Source: a bacterium | GTDB taxonomy: Bacteria > Patescibacteriota > Gracilibacteria > UBA1369 > PNNO01 | NCBI GenBank assembly: GCA_021158225.1 | Contig: JAGGUZ010000005.1 | Location: forward strand, 18,882-82,881 | Length of the DNA stretch: 64,000 bases | Direction: 5' to 3' | The notes under the pieces: generated by a model | Told to the model about the DNA's origin: nothing | Databases searched by the model: none | What the model saw: only the letters and a program-made list of their open reading frames with translations | In this document: in pieces, positions 42,264 through 51,051 of the stretch | Layout: every line of letters begins with the position of its first letter | How positions within the stretch are numbered: position 1 is the first letter of the stretch | Made by a program: the position numbers and the translations under genes

Positions 42264-43394
42264 ATGATTACATGGATTAGAAAAAGCGTAACGAGGAGAA
42301 TAGGATTATTACTTGTTTTGATAAGTGCCGGATTCGGATATATGACTTATTATTTTTGGAACAGTCCCCTTTCATCCCCAATTTACTATTCGTTTGCCAT
42401 AATCGGCGGATTTGTTCTTGTTGTATTTATTATTGTTTACAGCTTGATAAACAAACCTCTGAAAAAATTAACTAAACAAATGAAACTGCTTTTAACGGGC
42501 AGATCTTATAAAAGAATTACAACAAACAGAATTGATGAAATAGGAATAATCGCACAATTCTTTAATGAAATAACCGAAAATCTGGAGAATATCTCGAAAA
42601 AATTAAAAGAAGAGCAAAGGATGTCATCGGAACTTGAAATAGCAAGCTCTATTCAAAAGGCAATATTGCCAAATAAAAGTCCGGATATACCAAATTTAGA
42701 GGTTGTCGCCAAATCACGTTCGGCGGTTGAAGTTGGCGGAGACAGTTTTGATTTTATCCAGAGAAAAGATGCCACATATTTTTATATCGGTGATGTTACC
42801 GGGCATGGAAGTCCCGCAGCTCTTGTTATGATGATGGTCAACACTCTTCTGCATACATATTCGGAAATGTATTCAAGTGTTTACGATATAGTTGTGAATA
42901 CAAACAGAATTTTAAAACCCCGTATTAAGGCTGCTATGTTTATGACTATGGTTATACTTAAATGGGATCATCTAAATAAAAAAATGACATATGTCGGAGC
43001 AGGCCATGAATATATTTTAATTTACAGAAATAAAACCGGAGAAATTGAGGCAAAACCGGCAGGTGGAGTTGCTCTTGGAATGGTTCCGGATAACAGTAAA
43101 CTTGTAAAAGAACAAGAAATTAAGCTCGAAGATGGAGATATGATTATTTTATATACAGACGGAATTACCGAAGCAAGAAACGATAAAGGCGAAATGTACG
43201 GAATTGATAGATTTAAAGAAGCCATTAAAAACTACGCAACTCAATATGGTCCCGAGGGAGTTACCCATCATGTAGCACTTGATTTCTCTCAATATGTTGG
43301 AAACGCCGAACAAGAAGACGATATAACCCTTATGGTACTAAAATATACCGAGAAAAAAGAAGTTCAAACGGATAAAAGTACTAACTGGAAATAA
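42264..43394 (+). CDS. Membrane HAMP-PP2C (SpoIIE/RsbU-like) phosphatase
   Basis: 2 TM, HAMP (PL..L...DEIG..A..FN), EVGGD.FD, GDVTGHG, YTDGITEA, DDIT. Confidence 0.93.
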   Translation: MITWIRKSVTRRIGLLLVLISAGFGYMTYYFWNSPLSSPIYYSFAIIGGFVLVVFIIVYSLINKPLKKLTKQMKLLLTGRSYKRITTNRIDEIGIIAQFFNEITENLENISKKLKEEQRMSSELEIASSIQKAILPNKSPDIPNLEVVAKSRSAVEVGGDSFDFIQRKDATYFYIGDVTGHGSPAALVMMMVNTLLHTYSEMYSSVYDIVVNTNRILKPRIKAAMFMTMVILKWDHLNKKMTYVGAGHEYILIYRNKTGEIEAKPAGGVALGMVPDNSKLVKEQEIKLEDGDMIILYTDGITEARNDKGEMYGIDRFKEAIKNYATQYGPEGVTHHVALDFSQYVGNAEQEDDITLMVLKYTEKKEVQTDKSTNWK

Positions 43395-43399
43395 TTTCG

Positions 43400-44422
43400 A
43401 TGAAAACAAAAGACTTCTATTTTGATTTGCCTAAAGATTTAATTGCACAAAATCCGGTATCTCCCAGAGATAGCTCTAAATTGATGGTTCTAAACAGGTC
43501 TAACAAAAGTATAGAGCATCATTTTTTTTATGAACTTCCAAAACTTCTTCCACGTAATTCGATTTTAGTACTAAACGATACAAAAGTTTATGCGGGAAGG
43601 CTTTACGTTACAATTGACAATAAAAAGGGTGAGCTCCTTGTTTTAAAAAAAAGATCAAATGATGTCTGGAAGTGTATGGTTAAGCCTGGTAAAAGATTCT
43701 CGGTCGGGAAAGATTTTATTATTGAAGGAAAAGAAGAAGAGTTAAATGCAAGTGTTCAAAATATAAACGAAGATGGTACGCGTGAAATTAAGTTTAATTT
43801 GAATACGGAATTACTTGATTGGATTGAAAATAACGGCTATCCCCCATTTCCACCCTATATTAAACATACACAAGCTTCATTCCAAGATTATCAAACAACA
43901 TACGCAAAAGATATTGGAAGTATTGCCGCGCCCACGGCCGGGCTTCATTTTACAGATAGAGTTTTCAATGAGCTTAAAAAGAAAAACATAGAAATTCTAA
44001 CCTTAACGCTTCATGTTGGGCGCGGAACTTTTCTTCCAGTAAAAGTTGATAACATAGAAGATCACAAAATGCATAGTGAATGGTATATGCTAAGCAAAGA
44101 AAATGCGGAGAAATTAAATATGGCAAAACGCCAAAACAAAGAAATAATTGCAGTTGGCACAACATCGGTTAGAACACTTGAGTCCAATTTTAAAAACGGA
44201 CTGTTCCATCCTGAAACAACCAATACAAACATATTCATATATCCAGGATATAATTATAAAGCAATTGATGGAATAATTACTAATTTTCATCTGCCGGAAA
44301 GCACGCTTATTATGCTTATAAGTGCGTTTGCTGAAAAAAAATTCATATTTAAAGCTTACGACGAAGCAATTAAAAACAAATACAGGTTTTATAGTTTTGG
44401 AGATTCAATGATGATTCTTTAA
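43400..44422 (+). CDS. queA: SAM:tRNA ribosyltransferase-isomerase
   Basis: LIAQ.P..PRD.S.L, PPYI, YQT, AAPTAGLHF, HVG.GTF, TNFHLP.STL, YRFYSFGD. Confidence 0.97.
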   Translation: MKTKDFYFDLPKDLIAQNPVSPRDSSKLMVLNRSNKSIEHHFFYELPKLLPRNSILVLNDTKVYAGRLYVTIDNKKGELLVLKKRSNDVWKCMVKPGKRFSVGKDFIIEGKEEELNASVQNINEDGTREIKFNLNTELLDWIENNGYPPFPPYIKHTQASFQDYQTTYAKDIGSIAAPTAGLHFTDRVFNELKKKNIEILTLTLHVGRGTFLPVKVDNIEDHKMHSEWYMLSKENAEKLNMAKRQNKEIIAVGTTSVRTLESNFKNGLFHPETTNTNIFIYPGYNYKAIDGIITNFHLPESTLIMLISAFAEKKFIFKAYDEAIKNKYRFYSFGDSMMIL

Positions 44423-46830
44423 AGCCAATCGGGAACATATTTAGCCTCTTTAATTCCTGGTATTGAAAGTATTAAATCTATATCATCGCTGTTAAACTTA
44501 CCTCGATATAAATCCTTTATTTCCCCTCCCCCAGCAACAAAATGTTTAATTTGATTGTAACCTTTGTAGTAAAGCAAATCTTTTGTAAATCCACCTGCCT
44601 CGGATGTATCTTCAAGACCTCTTTTTACTTTAATTGTGTTTCTCCATGCTCTTTCCGGTGGAATTTTATAATCCAACATCTTTTCAAATACTTCCACAAA
44701 TGAATATTTCAATGCCAAATGAACTGCAAGTACTAAGGAGATTGATAAATAAAGATTTTTTTCTTCATCTCCTTTTTGAGTAATTATATTGTACATCGCA
44801 AGCCCCTCTTGCGTTTCCAAATAATTCGGTAATCCTCGATTAAATATTTCATACTCCTGAGATTTTCCATTTTCTGCTGTTAGAATATGAGTTTCAATTT
44901 CATGTATTATAAGGTTATCAATTCTTTTTTCAGTAAACAAAGCTCCTTTTCTTAAAAAAAGCCTGTTGTTTTTTCCGGCAATCGCATCGGAAACCATTTC
45001 TTCCTTAATTTTTACCTTCCATTTTAACAAACCGTATTTTTCGAATACTTTATCCATAATAACTTTCGCTTCTTCTGCAGTAATATTTCCTTTTTTACTA
45101 GAATAAGTAACAGAAGTTTCTTTTAACCAATTTTTTGAATTTTCAACAAGTTCTTCACTCGGCTTCCCATAAAGATCTATGGATGCATTAGTAAATTCTT
45201 CAGCGAAACCTCTAAATTCAAGCAACGCAATTTTTTTGGCAATTTCAAGTTTTTTCTTTTCAAAAAGCTTACCGAGATTTGTTGTGTCGGTTTGAATTTG
45301 ATTAAGATCTTTCCTTAAATCATAAAGATTGAATTTAAGTTCAGGATAAACAAATTGAGGATTTTTCTTAAAATTTTGAAAGAACTTTATACGTTCTTCT
45401 CCAAGATTAACAGGTCTTAAGTGATAAAGAAGCTTTAATTTTTCATCTATTTTGATAAGTTGCTGATCAATTTCGTTGTAATTTATCTTTCTCTTTTCAT
45501 CCAAAGTTTTTTTAAGTAACTTTTTATCTTGCTTTTCTTCTTTAGTTACATTTACATCCGGAAGCAGTTTCTTCTGAATTTTCTTAGACGGATCAATAAA
45601 AAAATTCTTTAAATCTCTACATCCAACTATAAGACTATAATTGTTCTTTGTTATTTTCTCTATATCTGCAACCGTTTGAATTCTTTTCCCGGCAATCGAT
45701 AATTTTAATTTTACGGTAGATTTTTCATCGTCATATTCATATTCATCTTTAAGCAAACTGGCCTCAATAGCGAATTGTTCATCAATAATTGTTCTTTGAT
45801 TACCCGGGTCAATCTCTGCCAAAACTCTTCTTGTCCCATCTTTAAGGTAAATATCAACCATTTCCTCGATTCCAACAACATTTTTACCGGAAACTTGATG
45901 AATATTCTTTTCTACAATATTCCCGAACATATCTTTTGCGATTCTAACCCCTTTTACCGGATTATTGACCTTCACTCCTTCAATCCTCTGAAGACGTTTT
46001 TTTAATGGAGCCAAATTGGCTATTTGCACTCCTAATCCAGCCCTGGCGTTAATCTCTAAAAGCACCGGACCAGAAGACTTATCTATAGATATATCCGTTG
46101 CCATATAACCAAGATTCGTAATAAGCTGACATTTAGATGCAATCATTAAAATATCATCCCAATAAGGGATTTTAAGTCCTTTAATCGGTCCGACCTCCGG
46201 GATTTCATCAATAATTTTATTTTTATACGAGATATAAGTTGTTTCCCCTTTTGCTATATCAATTCCAACACCAACAGCACCAAGATGTAAATTAGCCTTA
46301 CCTGCGGATTCTTTCGTAGGGAGCCTAAGCATTGCCATTACAGGGATAAGATTATGCACGACCACTCTAATATCCGGCAAACCTCTGTAAGAATAATTTC
46401 CGAGTGTATCATGAGAAATAATAAGCTGTTCAAAAAACGCACTGTCTCCAACATTTGAAATTGAATATCTTCCATCAAGAATATCCGATATATGATCTAT
46501 AATAATTTTTTTATCTAATTTCTTGCCGGAAGCGGTTATCCATACATCTTCACGCTTATTTGTTATAGGTATGATCCCCTCTCCTCCAAACCCATGATTT
46601 GGCTTTAATATAAAAGAATTTGGAAGCGACCCGGAATCGAATTTATCCAATTCTTCTTTTGATCTAATAGCAGTATATAATTTGGGGACAGGAATCCCTC
46701 TCGCAGAAAGGAATTTTTTTGTTTTAAGCTTATCATCCGCAAGCTTAATAGTCTTCTTTTTGTTATAGGGACGAATATATTGTAAATTTCGCGCATTTAG
46801 CCCTAAAATTCCTTTATCGTTGAAAATCAT
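44419..46830 (-). CDS. Fusion of RimK-related ATP-grasp ligase, retropepsin-like domain and DUF1704/MATCAP metallocarboxypeptidase
   Basis: ILGLNARN..YI..YN, DDKL.TK, KP..G.GG.GI, PDIRV, AMLRLPT..S.GKANLH.G, LEINAR.GL; LAEIDPG; HEIETH, TQEGLA, VKRG, FTKD..Y..G. Confidence 0.85.
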   Translation of the reverse strand: MIFNDKGILGLNARNLQYIRPYNKKKTIKLADDKLKTKKFLSARGIPVPKLYTAIRSKEELDKFDSGSLPNSFILKPNHGFGGEGIIPITNKREDVWITASGKKLDKKIIIDHISDILDGRYSISNVGDSAFFEQLIISHDTLGNYSYRGLPDIRVVVHNLIPVMAMLRLPTKESAGKANLHLGAVGVGIDIAKGETTYISYKNKIIDEIPEVGPIKGLKIPYWDDILMIASKCQLITNLGYMATDISIDKSSGPVLLEINARAGLGVQIANLAPLKKRLQRIEGVKVNNPVKGVRIAKDMFGNIVEKNIHQVSGKNVVGIEEMVDIYLKDGTRRVLAEIDPGNQRTIIDEQFAIEASLLKDEYEYDDEKSTVKLKLSIAGKRIQTVADIEKITKNNYSLIVGCRDLKNFFIDPSKKIQKKLLPDVNVTKEEKQDKKLLKKTLDEKRKINYNEIDQQLIKIDEKLKLLYHLRPVNLGEERIKFFQNFKKNPQFVYPELKFNLYDLRKDLNQIQTDTTNLGKLFEKKKLEIAKKIALLEFRGFAEEFTNASIDLYGKPSEELVENSKNWLKETSVTYSSKKGNITAEEAKVIMDKVFEKYGLLKWKVKIKEEMVSDAIAGKNNRLFLRKGALFTEKRIDNLIIHEIETHILTAENGKSQEYEIFNRGLPNYLETQEGLAMYNIITQKGDEEKNLYLSISLVLAVHLALKYSFVEVFEKMLDYKIPPERAWRNTIKVKRGLEDTSEAGGFTKDLLYYKGYNQIKHFVAGGGEIKDLYRGKFNSDDIDLILSIPGIKEAKYVPDWL

Positions 46831-46848
46831 ATAATTAAGATAAAAATA

Positions 46849-48402
46849 TTATTCCTCTTCGACATGACGAAGAACTTCTCTAAATCTTGCATATTCAAGC
46901 AATTTTAATCCCGGCCATCTACCAAGAAACACATTAAAGAAAATAATTAAAATAATCACTTCCGGATATGCGAGCATAAATCCTTGAAGTTGATTGATTT
47001 TAAATCCAAATACATCACCTCCAATTACAATATAAGCGATTATAGCAACCAGAACAGTTTGCAATGTTGCAATCATAGTTTGCTTAAAGCTTTTCCCTCC
47101 TTGAGCGCTAACAAATTTTTCGGTTAATGTACTTAAAATAAGCATAGGGAAAACTGAGAGCGAATAAAATTGCGAATCAAACAAATTAAATCTGATCGAT
47201 AAAATCAACATAAACAAAATGGCAACAGCGACGGATGTAAGAACAATCGCCATTCTTGGAACATAAAGTAGCCTATACCTCTTTAAAGCAATTCTGGTTC
47301 CCGTTCCTACCAAAAATATCACAAGAAGAGTCAAAAGTCCGAATTTTAGACCAAGAATCCAAAAAGTAAGTGTGATAATGGTTGGAGTATAAACTCCAAA
47401 AGTAGTTACTCCAACAACCTGTTTCATAATAGAAACAACAGTCGCAATAACAGGTAACATTAAAATTAAAATAACCGTATTTGCCGGTATTCCACTGTCT
47501 ATTAAGTAATTAACGAAATAGGACATAAAATTCCACAATTGAAGTTGCCCGGTTTGCGCATTTGTAAGCTCGTAATCATATCCGTTTTTTTCCATTCTGT
47601 TAATAAATTCATTTGTTGTCGCGCTCTCTATAAAGGCATATATTGCGGGCTCTTTTGCAGAAACTATATTTTTCGGTTTTAAGAGTTCATATTGACGCGC
47701 CAATTGTGTAGGAGTGTCATCGTTGTTAATTACAAGAATTGTTTTGTTTTCAAAAGTTAAAGTGTCATCTTGATTTGCCTGATTTTGCTTAACCCGAGAT
47801 AAGGCGTTAAGTCCGGAATTTCCTTCCGTCCATACAATTATTTCATCTATTTTTTTAAGATTATCCGTAGCTTCACGAAGCTTTCTTTCTAGAATTTCCT
47901 CTGTAATAAATTCAGTAGCACTGTCGTAGCTCTCGTAAACAACAATATCCGTATCTCTATCCCGAGCATAATTTTTAAAACCTTCAACTCTATCTTTAAT
48001 TTCAGCTTTATCGGTAATGAAAATTATGATTTTTTTATAAACAAATATATCTTTTGTTACCGTTTTTGTTTCTTTCCCATCATTAGCCGTGAGAGTAAGT
48101 GTTTTTTGACCAAGCGTAGTATAGCTATACACGACTTCTCGTCCTTCCTTTTTATTACCATCACCAAAATCCCATGTATAAGTTATATTTGCATTTTCAT
48201 CCGGATGCTTCGTTCCCGAAGCATCAAAAATTATATTCTTGTTTATTTGGACAGAACTACTCGCTGTTATAGCCGGCGTAAATGTTACCTCTTCCGGTTT
48301 TATACTTTCCACAGCAGGTTGATCTTGAGCAAAAACGCTAAATGGAGCAAGGTAAAAGAATAATGCTGATATGGCGACTAATTTTTTGATAGTTTGATGC
48401 AT
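46849..48402 (-). CDS. PKD-domain plus 7TM (7TM_transglut-like) membrane protein
   Basis: Signal peptide, YTWDFGDG PKD, LP......QVVG..TFG.YTP, FPM.IL....EK, GRW.GL.L.EY.RF. Confidence 0.82.
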   Translation of the reverse strand: MHQTIKKLVAISALFFYLAPFSVFAQDQPAVESIKPEEVTFTPAITASSSVQINKNIIFDASGTKHPDENANITYTWDFGDGNKKEGREVVYSYTTLGQKTLTLTANDGKETKTVTKDIFVYKKIIIFITDKAEIKDRVEGFKNYARDRDTDIVVYESYDSATEFITEEILERKLREATDNLKKIDEIIVWTEGNSGLNALSRVKQNQANQDDTLTFENKTILVINNDDTPTQLARQYELLKPKNIVSAKEPAIYAFIESATTNEFINRMEKNGYDYELTNAQTGQLQLWNFMSYFVNYLIDSGIPANTVILILMLPVIATVVSIMKQVVGVTTFGVYTPTIITLTFWILGLKFGLLTLLVIFLVGTGTRIALKRYRLLYVPRMAIVLTSVAVAILFMLILSIRFNLFDSQFYSLSVFPMLILSTLTEKFVSAQGGKSFKQTMIATLQTVLVAIIAYIVIGGDVFGFKINQLQGFMLAYPEVIILIIFFNVFLGRWPGLKLLEYARFREVLRHVEEE

Positions 48403-48554
48403 AATTTAAGCCATTTATATTGATGTACAAGAAGGATTCTATCAAAAGTGCCTAAAAAACTCAATAATCACCTTTGTTCAATTGCAATTTCGCCTTGTTT
48501 TTGCTATAATATTACGAAGTATAGATTCATTTTAGAATTTATTAAACTATAAAA

Positions 48555-50738
48555 ATGAAAAAAAGAATAAAAAGTATTTTTGCAACTATCGCCACTTTCG
48601 CTTTAGTGCTATCTCAAAGTAGCATGGCATTCGCAACTAACAGCAGTTTATTTAAGGTTGAAGCTTTCGGAGCCGATACGATCGCAGGATATACAACAAG
48701 AATTTACTCATCAAAAACACTTCCAAACAAAATTGTTGAATTCACTGTAAAAAAACCAAATGGAAACAGTTTAAATATTCCAATAAAATCAGATGACAAT
48801 GGAATAGCAGAATTCGAGTTATATGATTACCATACTAAAAAAGCGGGGACATATTCGATCTCTGCAAAATTAGAAAACGGATCTGAAGGGAAAATAAATA
48901 CATTCTATGTATTCCCTGATGAAGTATCAAAAGTATCTTCAGAAATAGAGGCTTCAAAACTCCTTGGAACAGCCGACGGTATAGATAAAATCTATTTCAC
49001 AATCACACTGAAAGATAAACTTGGCAATCCGATTAAGGGACATGAAATTAGCGTAATTTCAAGTAGAACAAAAGATAAGATTCAACTTATCTCGGAAACT
49101 CAATTCACGGATGCAAAGGGAGAAACTCTTTTCTCCGTAGCTTCTCCGGAAGAAGGAGTTTCCATCTACTCGTTTTTAGATGCAACATCAAATAAAGTCT
49201 TAGATAAAAGAGTGGAAATTGCTTACAGTACAATGCAAAATGCCGGAGGAGATATTAAAACCGCTTATGCAGCCGCAGGAGAAGTCGATAAATTTGTTTT
49301 CGAGAATTTACCAGCATCCATTACCGCAAATGCAGATACACCTTTTACTTTAACCGCAGTTGATTCCGATGGGAACACAGTTCCAAACTATTCCGGAACA
49401 GTTCATTTTTCTTCCGAAGGAGCAAACGGAGTCTATGCATCCTTACCTAAAGATTATAGCTTTGATGTCGATCTTGATACTGGAAGTCATGATTTTAGTG
49501 GACTCCAAACGTTTAATTTTGCTCAAGAAGGAATATATTCGATAGTAGCAACAGATTTGGATAATTTTACAATAAGAGGAGATACTGAAATTACGGTCGG
49601 CGCGTCCTCTACGCAACATTCGGCCGATAACACAACACAACCAAACACTTCAAGTAACGATTTGCAAATTACAAACCCATTGTCTGGAACATACAGCAGT
49701 AACGAACTTGTAATTAACGGAATAGCTCCTCTTGTTAGCGCTACAATTCAAATTTTCGATAATGGTAGTAATATCGGCTCTACAGAAGTACAATCGGATA
49801 ATACATTTTCATATACACCTTCTTCCATAGTGGATGGTCCTCATAAATTTTATGTTGTAATGGAAGATAGCGATGGAACAACTTTGGCTACTTCGGATGA
49901 AGTAAATATTACAGTTGATACAAGTGCTCCAACTGTTGAAGATGTTAAATTTTCCCCTTCTGCAGATATTAAAACCGGAGATGTTATAACGGTTACCGTA
50001 ACTTCAGAAGAAAATGTTTTTCAAGGGGCGGTAGTCTTTAATGTAGATATTGCAGAACTTAAAAAAGATGATAATGATCCTACAAAATATACAGCCTCAA
50101 TACAAGCACCGGACAAACCCGGAAGCTATCCGATTGATGTTGTCTTGGTCGATGAACTTGGCAATGAGGGGTCTTATGAAGATGTTGCAACTTTGGAAAT
50201 AGGTACAAATGGAAAAACGAATTTATTGAAAAATGGAGACAGCATAAATCCACTAGCTACCAAGGGAAATGAGCCCCCTGTACAAGAGAATCAAGCTCCG
50301 TCGGATGTATTTGGAGTAACCACAATATCTTCCGACTCCAAGGTAACGCTTTCTTGGCAAGCTTCAACCGATGACTCAAAAGTTGTTAATTATAAAATTT
50401 CTTACGGTTTAACCCCAACAAACCTTAATCAAACCGTAGAAACTTTTGATAACAAAACGACTTGGTATCTTCCCAACTTAACAAACGGAAACGAATATTT
50501 TTTCTCTTTGGTTGCCATCGATGACGAAGGAATTGAAAGCAAGAACCCAAGTAGCATAGTAAGTTCTATTCCATTTAGTCCAGCTCCTGTGTTTGTTAAA
50601 CCGGAGCCTAAAGTTGAACCTATTGTTAATCCTGTCGCTCCGAAAATGCAATCAACCGGACCAGAAGAATTGTGGTTTATATTACTTTCGCTCGGGCTAA
50701 CTCAGCTTTACTTTAAGTTTAAGAAAAAAATGTGCTAA
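48555..50738 (+). CDS. Large surface protein with Ig-like and fibronectin type III domains and a C-terminal sorting-like signal
   Basis: Signal peptide, ADG....ITLKD..GNP (Big_1-like), VDTSAP, VTLSW...Y...YG...L.NG.EY (FN3), STGPE + TM + KKK. Confidence 0.8.
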   Translation: MKKRIKSIFATIATFALVLSQSSMAFATNSSLFKVEAFGADTIAGYTTRIYSSKTLPNKIVEFTVKKPNGNSLNIPIKSDDNGIAEFELYDYHTKKAGTYSISAKLENGSEGKINTFYVFPDEVSKVSSEIEASKLLGTADGIDKIYFTITLKDKLGNPIKGHEISVISSRTKDKIQLISETQFTDAKGETLFSVASPEEGVSIYSFLDATSNKVLDKRVEIAYSTMQNAGGDIKTAYAAAGEVDKFVFENLPASITANADTPFTLTAVDSDGNTVPNYSGTVHFSSEGANGVYASLPKDYSFDVDLDTGSHDFSGLQTFNFAQEGIYSIVATDLDNFTIRGDTEITVGASSTQHSADNTTQPNTSSNDLQITNPLSGTYSSNELVINGIAPLVSATIQIFDNGSNIGSTEVQSDNTFSYTPSSIVDGPHKFYVVMEDSDGTTLATSDEVNITVDTSAPTVEDVKFSPSADIKTGDVITVTVTSEENVFQGAVVFNVDIAELKKDDNDPTKYTASIQAPDKPGSYPIDVVLVDELGNEGSYEDVATLEIGTNGKTNLLKNGDSINPLATKGNEPPVQENQAPSDVFGVTTISSDSKVTLSWQASTDDSKVVNYKISYGLTPTNLNQTVETFDNKTTWYLPNLTNGNEYFFSLVAIDDEGIESKNPSSIVSSIPFSPAPVFVKPEPKVEPIVNPVAPKMQSTGPEELWFILLSLGLTQLYFKFKKKMC

Positions 50739-50781
50739 AATCCCTGTTGGTATTTGACGATATTTTAAAACAACCGACAAG

Positions 50782-51042
50782 ATGAAAGAATATTTAGCAC
50801 TTTTTATCGATATATTCGGAGAGATAATTATTCTGGCTATTTTAATCAGAGTTATTATGTCGTGGATAAGACCTATGGGAAACAAAGGAGGTCTTGGAAG
50901 TTTCGTTTTTGAAATTACGGAACCTTTGCTCTCGTTTTTCAGAAAAATCATACCCAGAATGGGAATGTTTGATCTATCCCCGATTATTGCTCTATTTGCA
51001 ATTGAAATCGTAAGATCTTTTCTTCTTAGTCTGCTTATGTAA
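50782..51042 (+). CDS. yggT: YggT family membrane protein
   Basis: IRVIMSW, ITEPLL..FRKIIP..G.FDLSP. Confidence 0.92.
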   Translation: MKEYLALFIDIFGEIIILAILIRVIMSWIRPMGNKGGLGSFVFEITEPLLSFFRKIIPRMGMFDLSPIIALFAIEIVRSFLLSLLM

Positions 51043-51051
51043 ATAAAAAAC

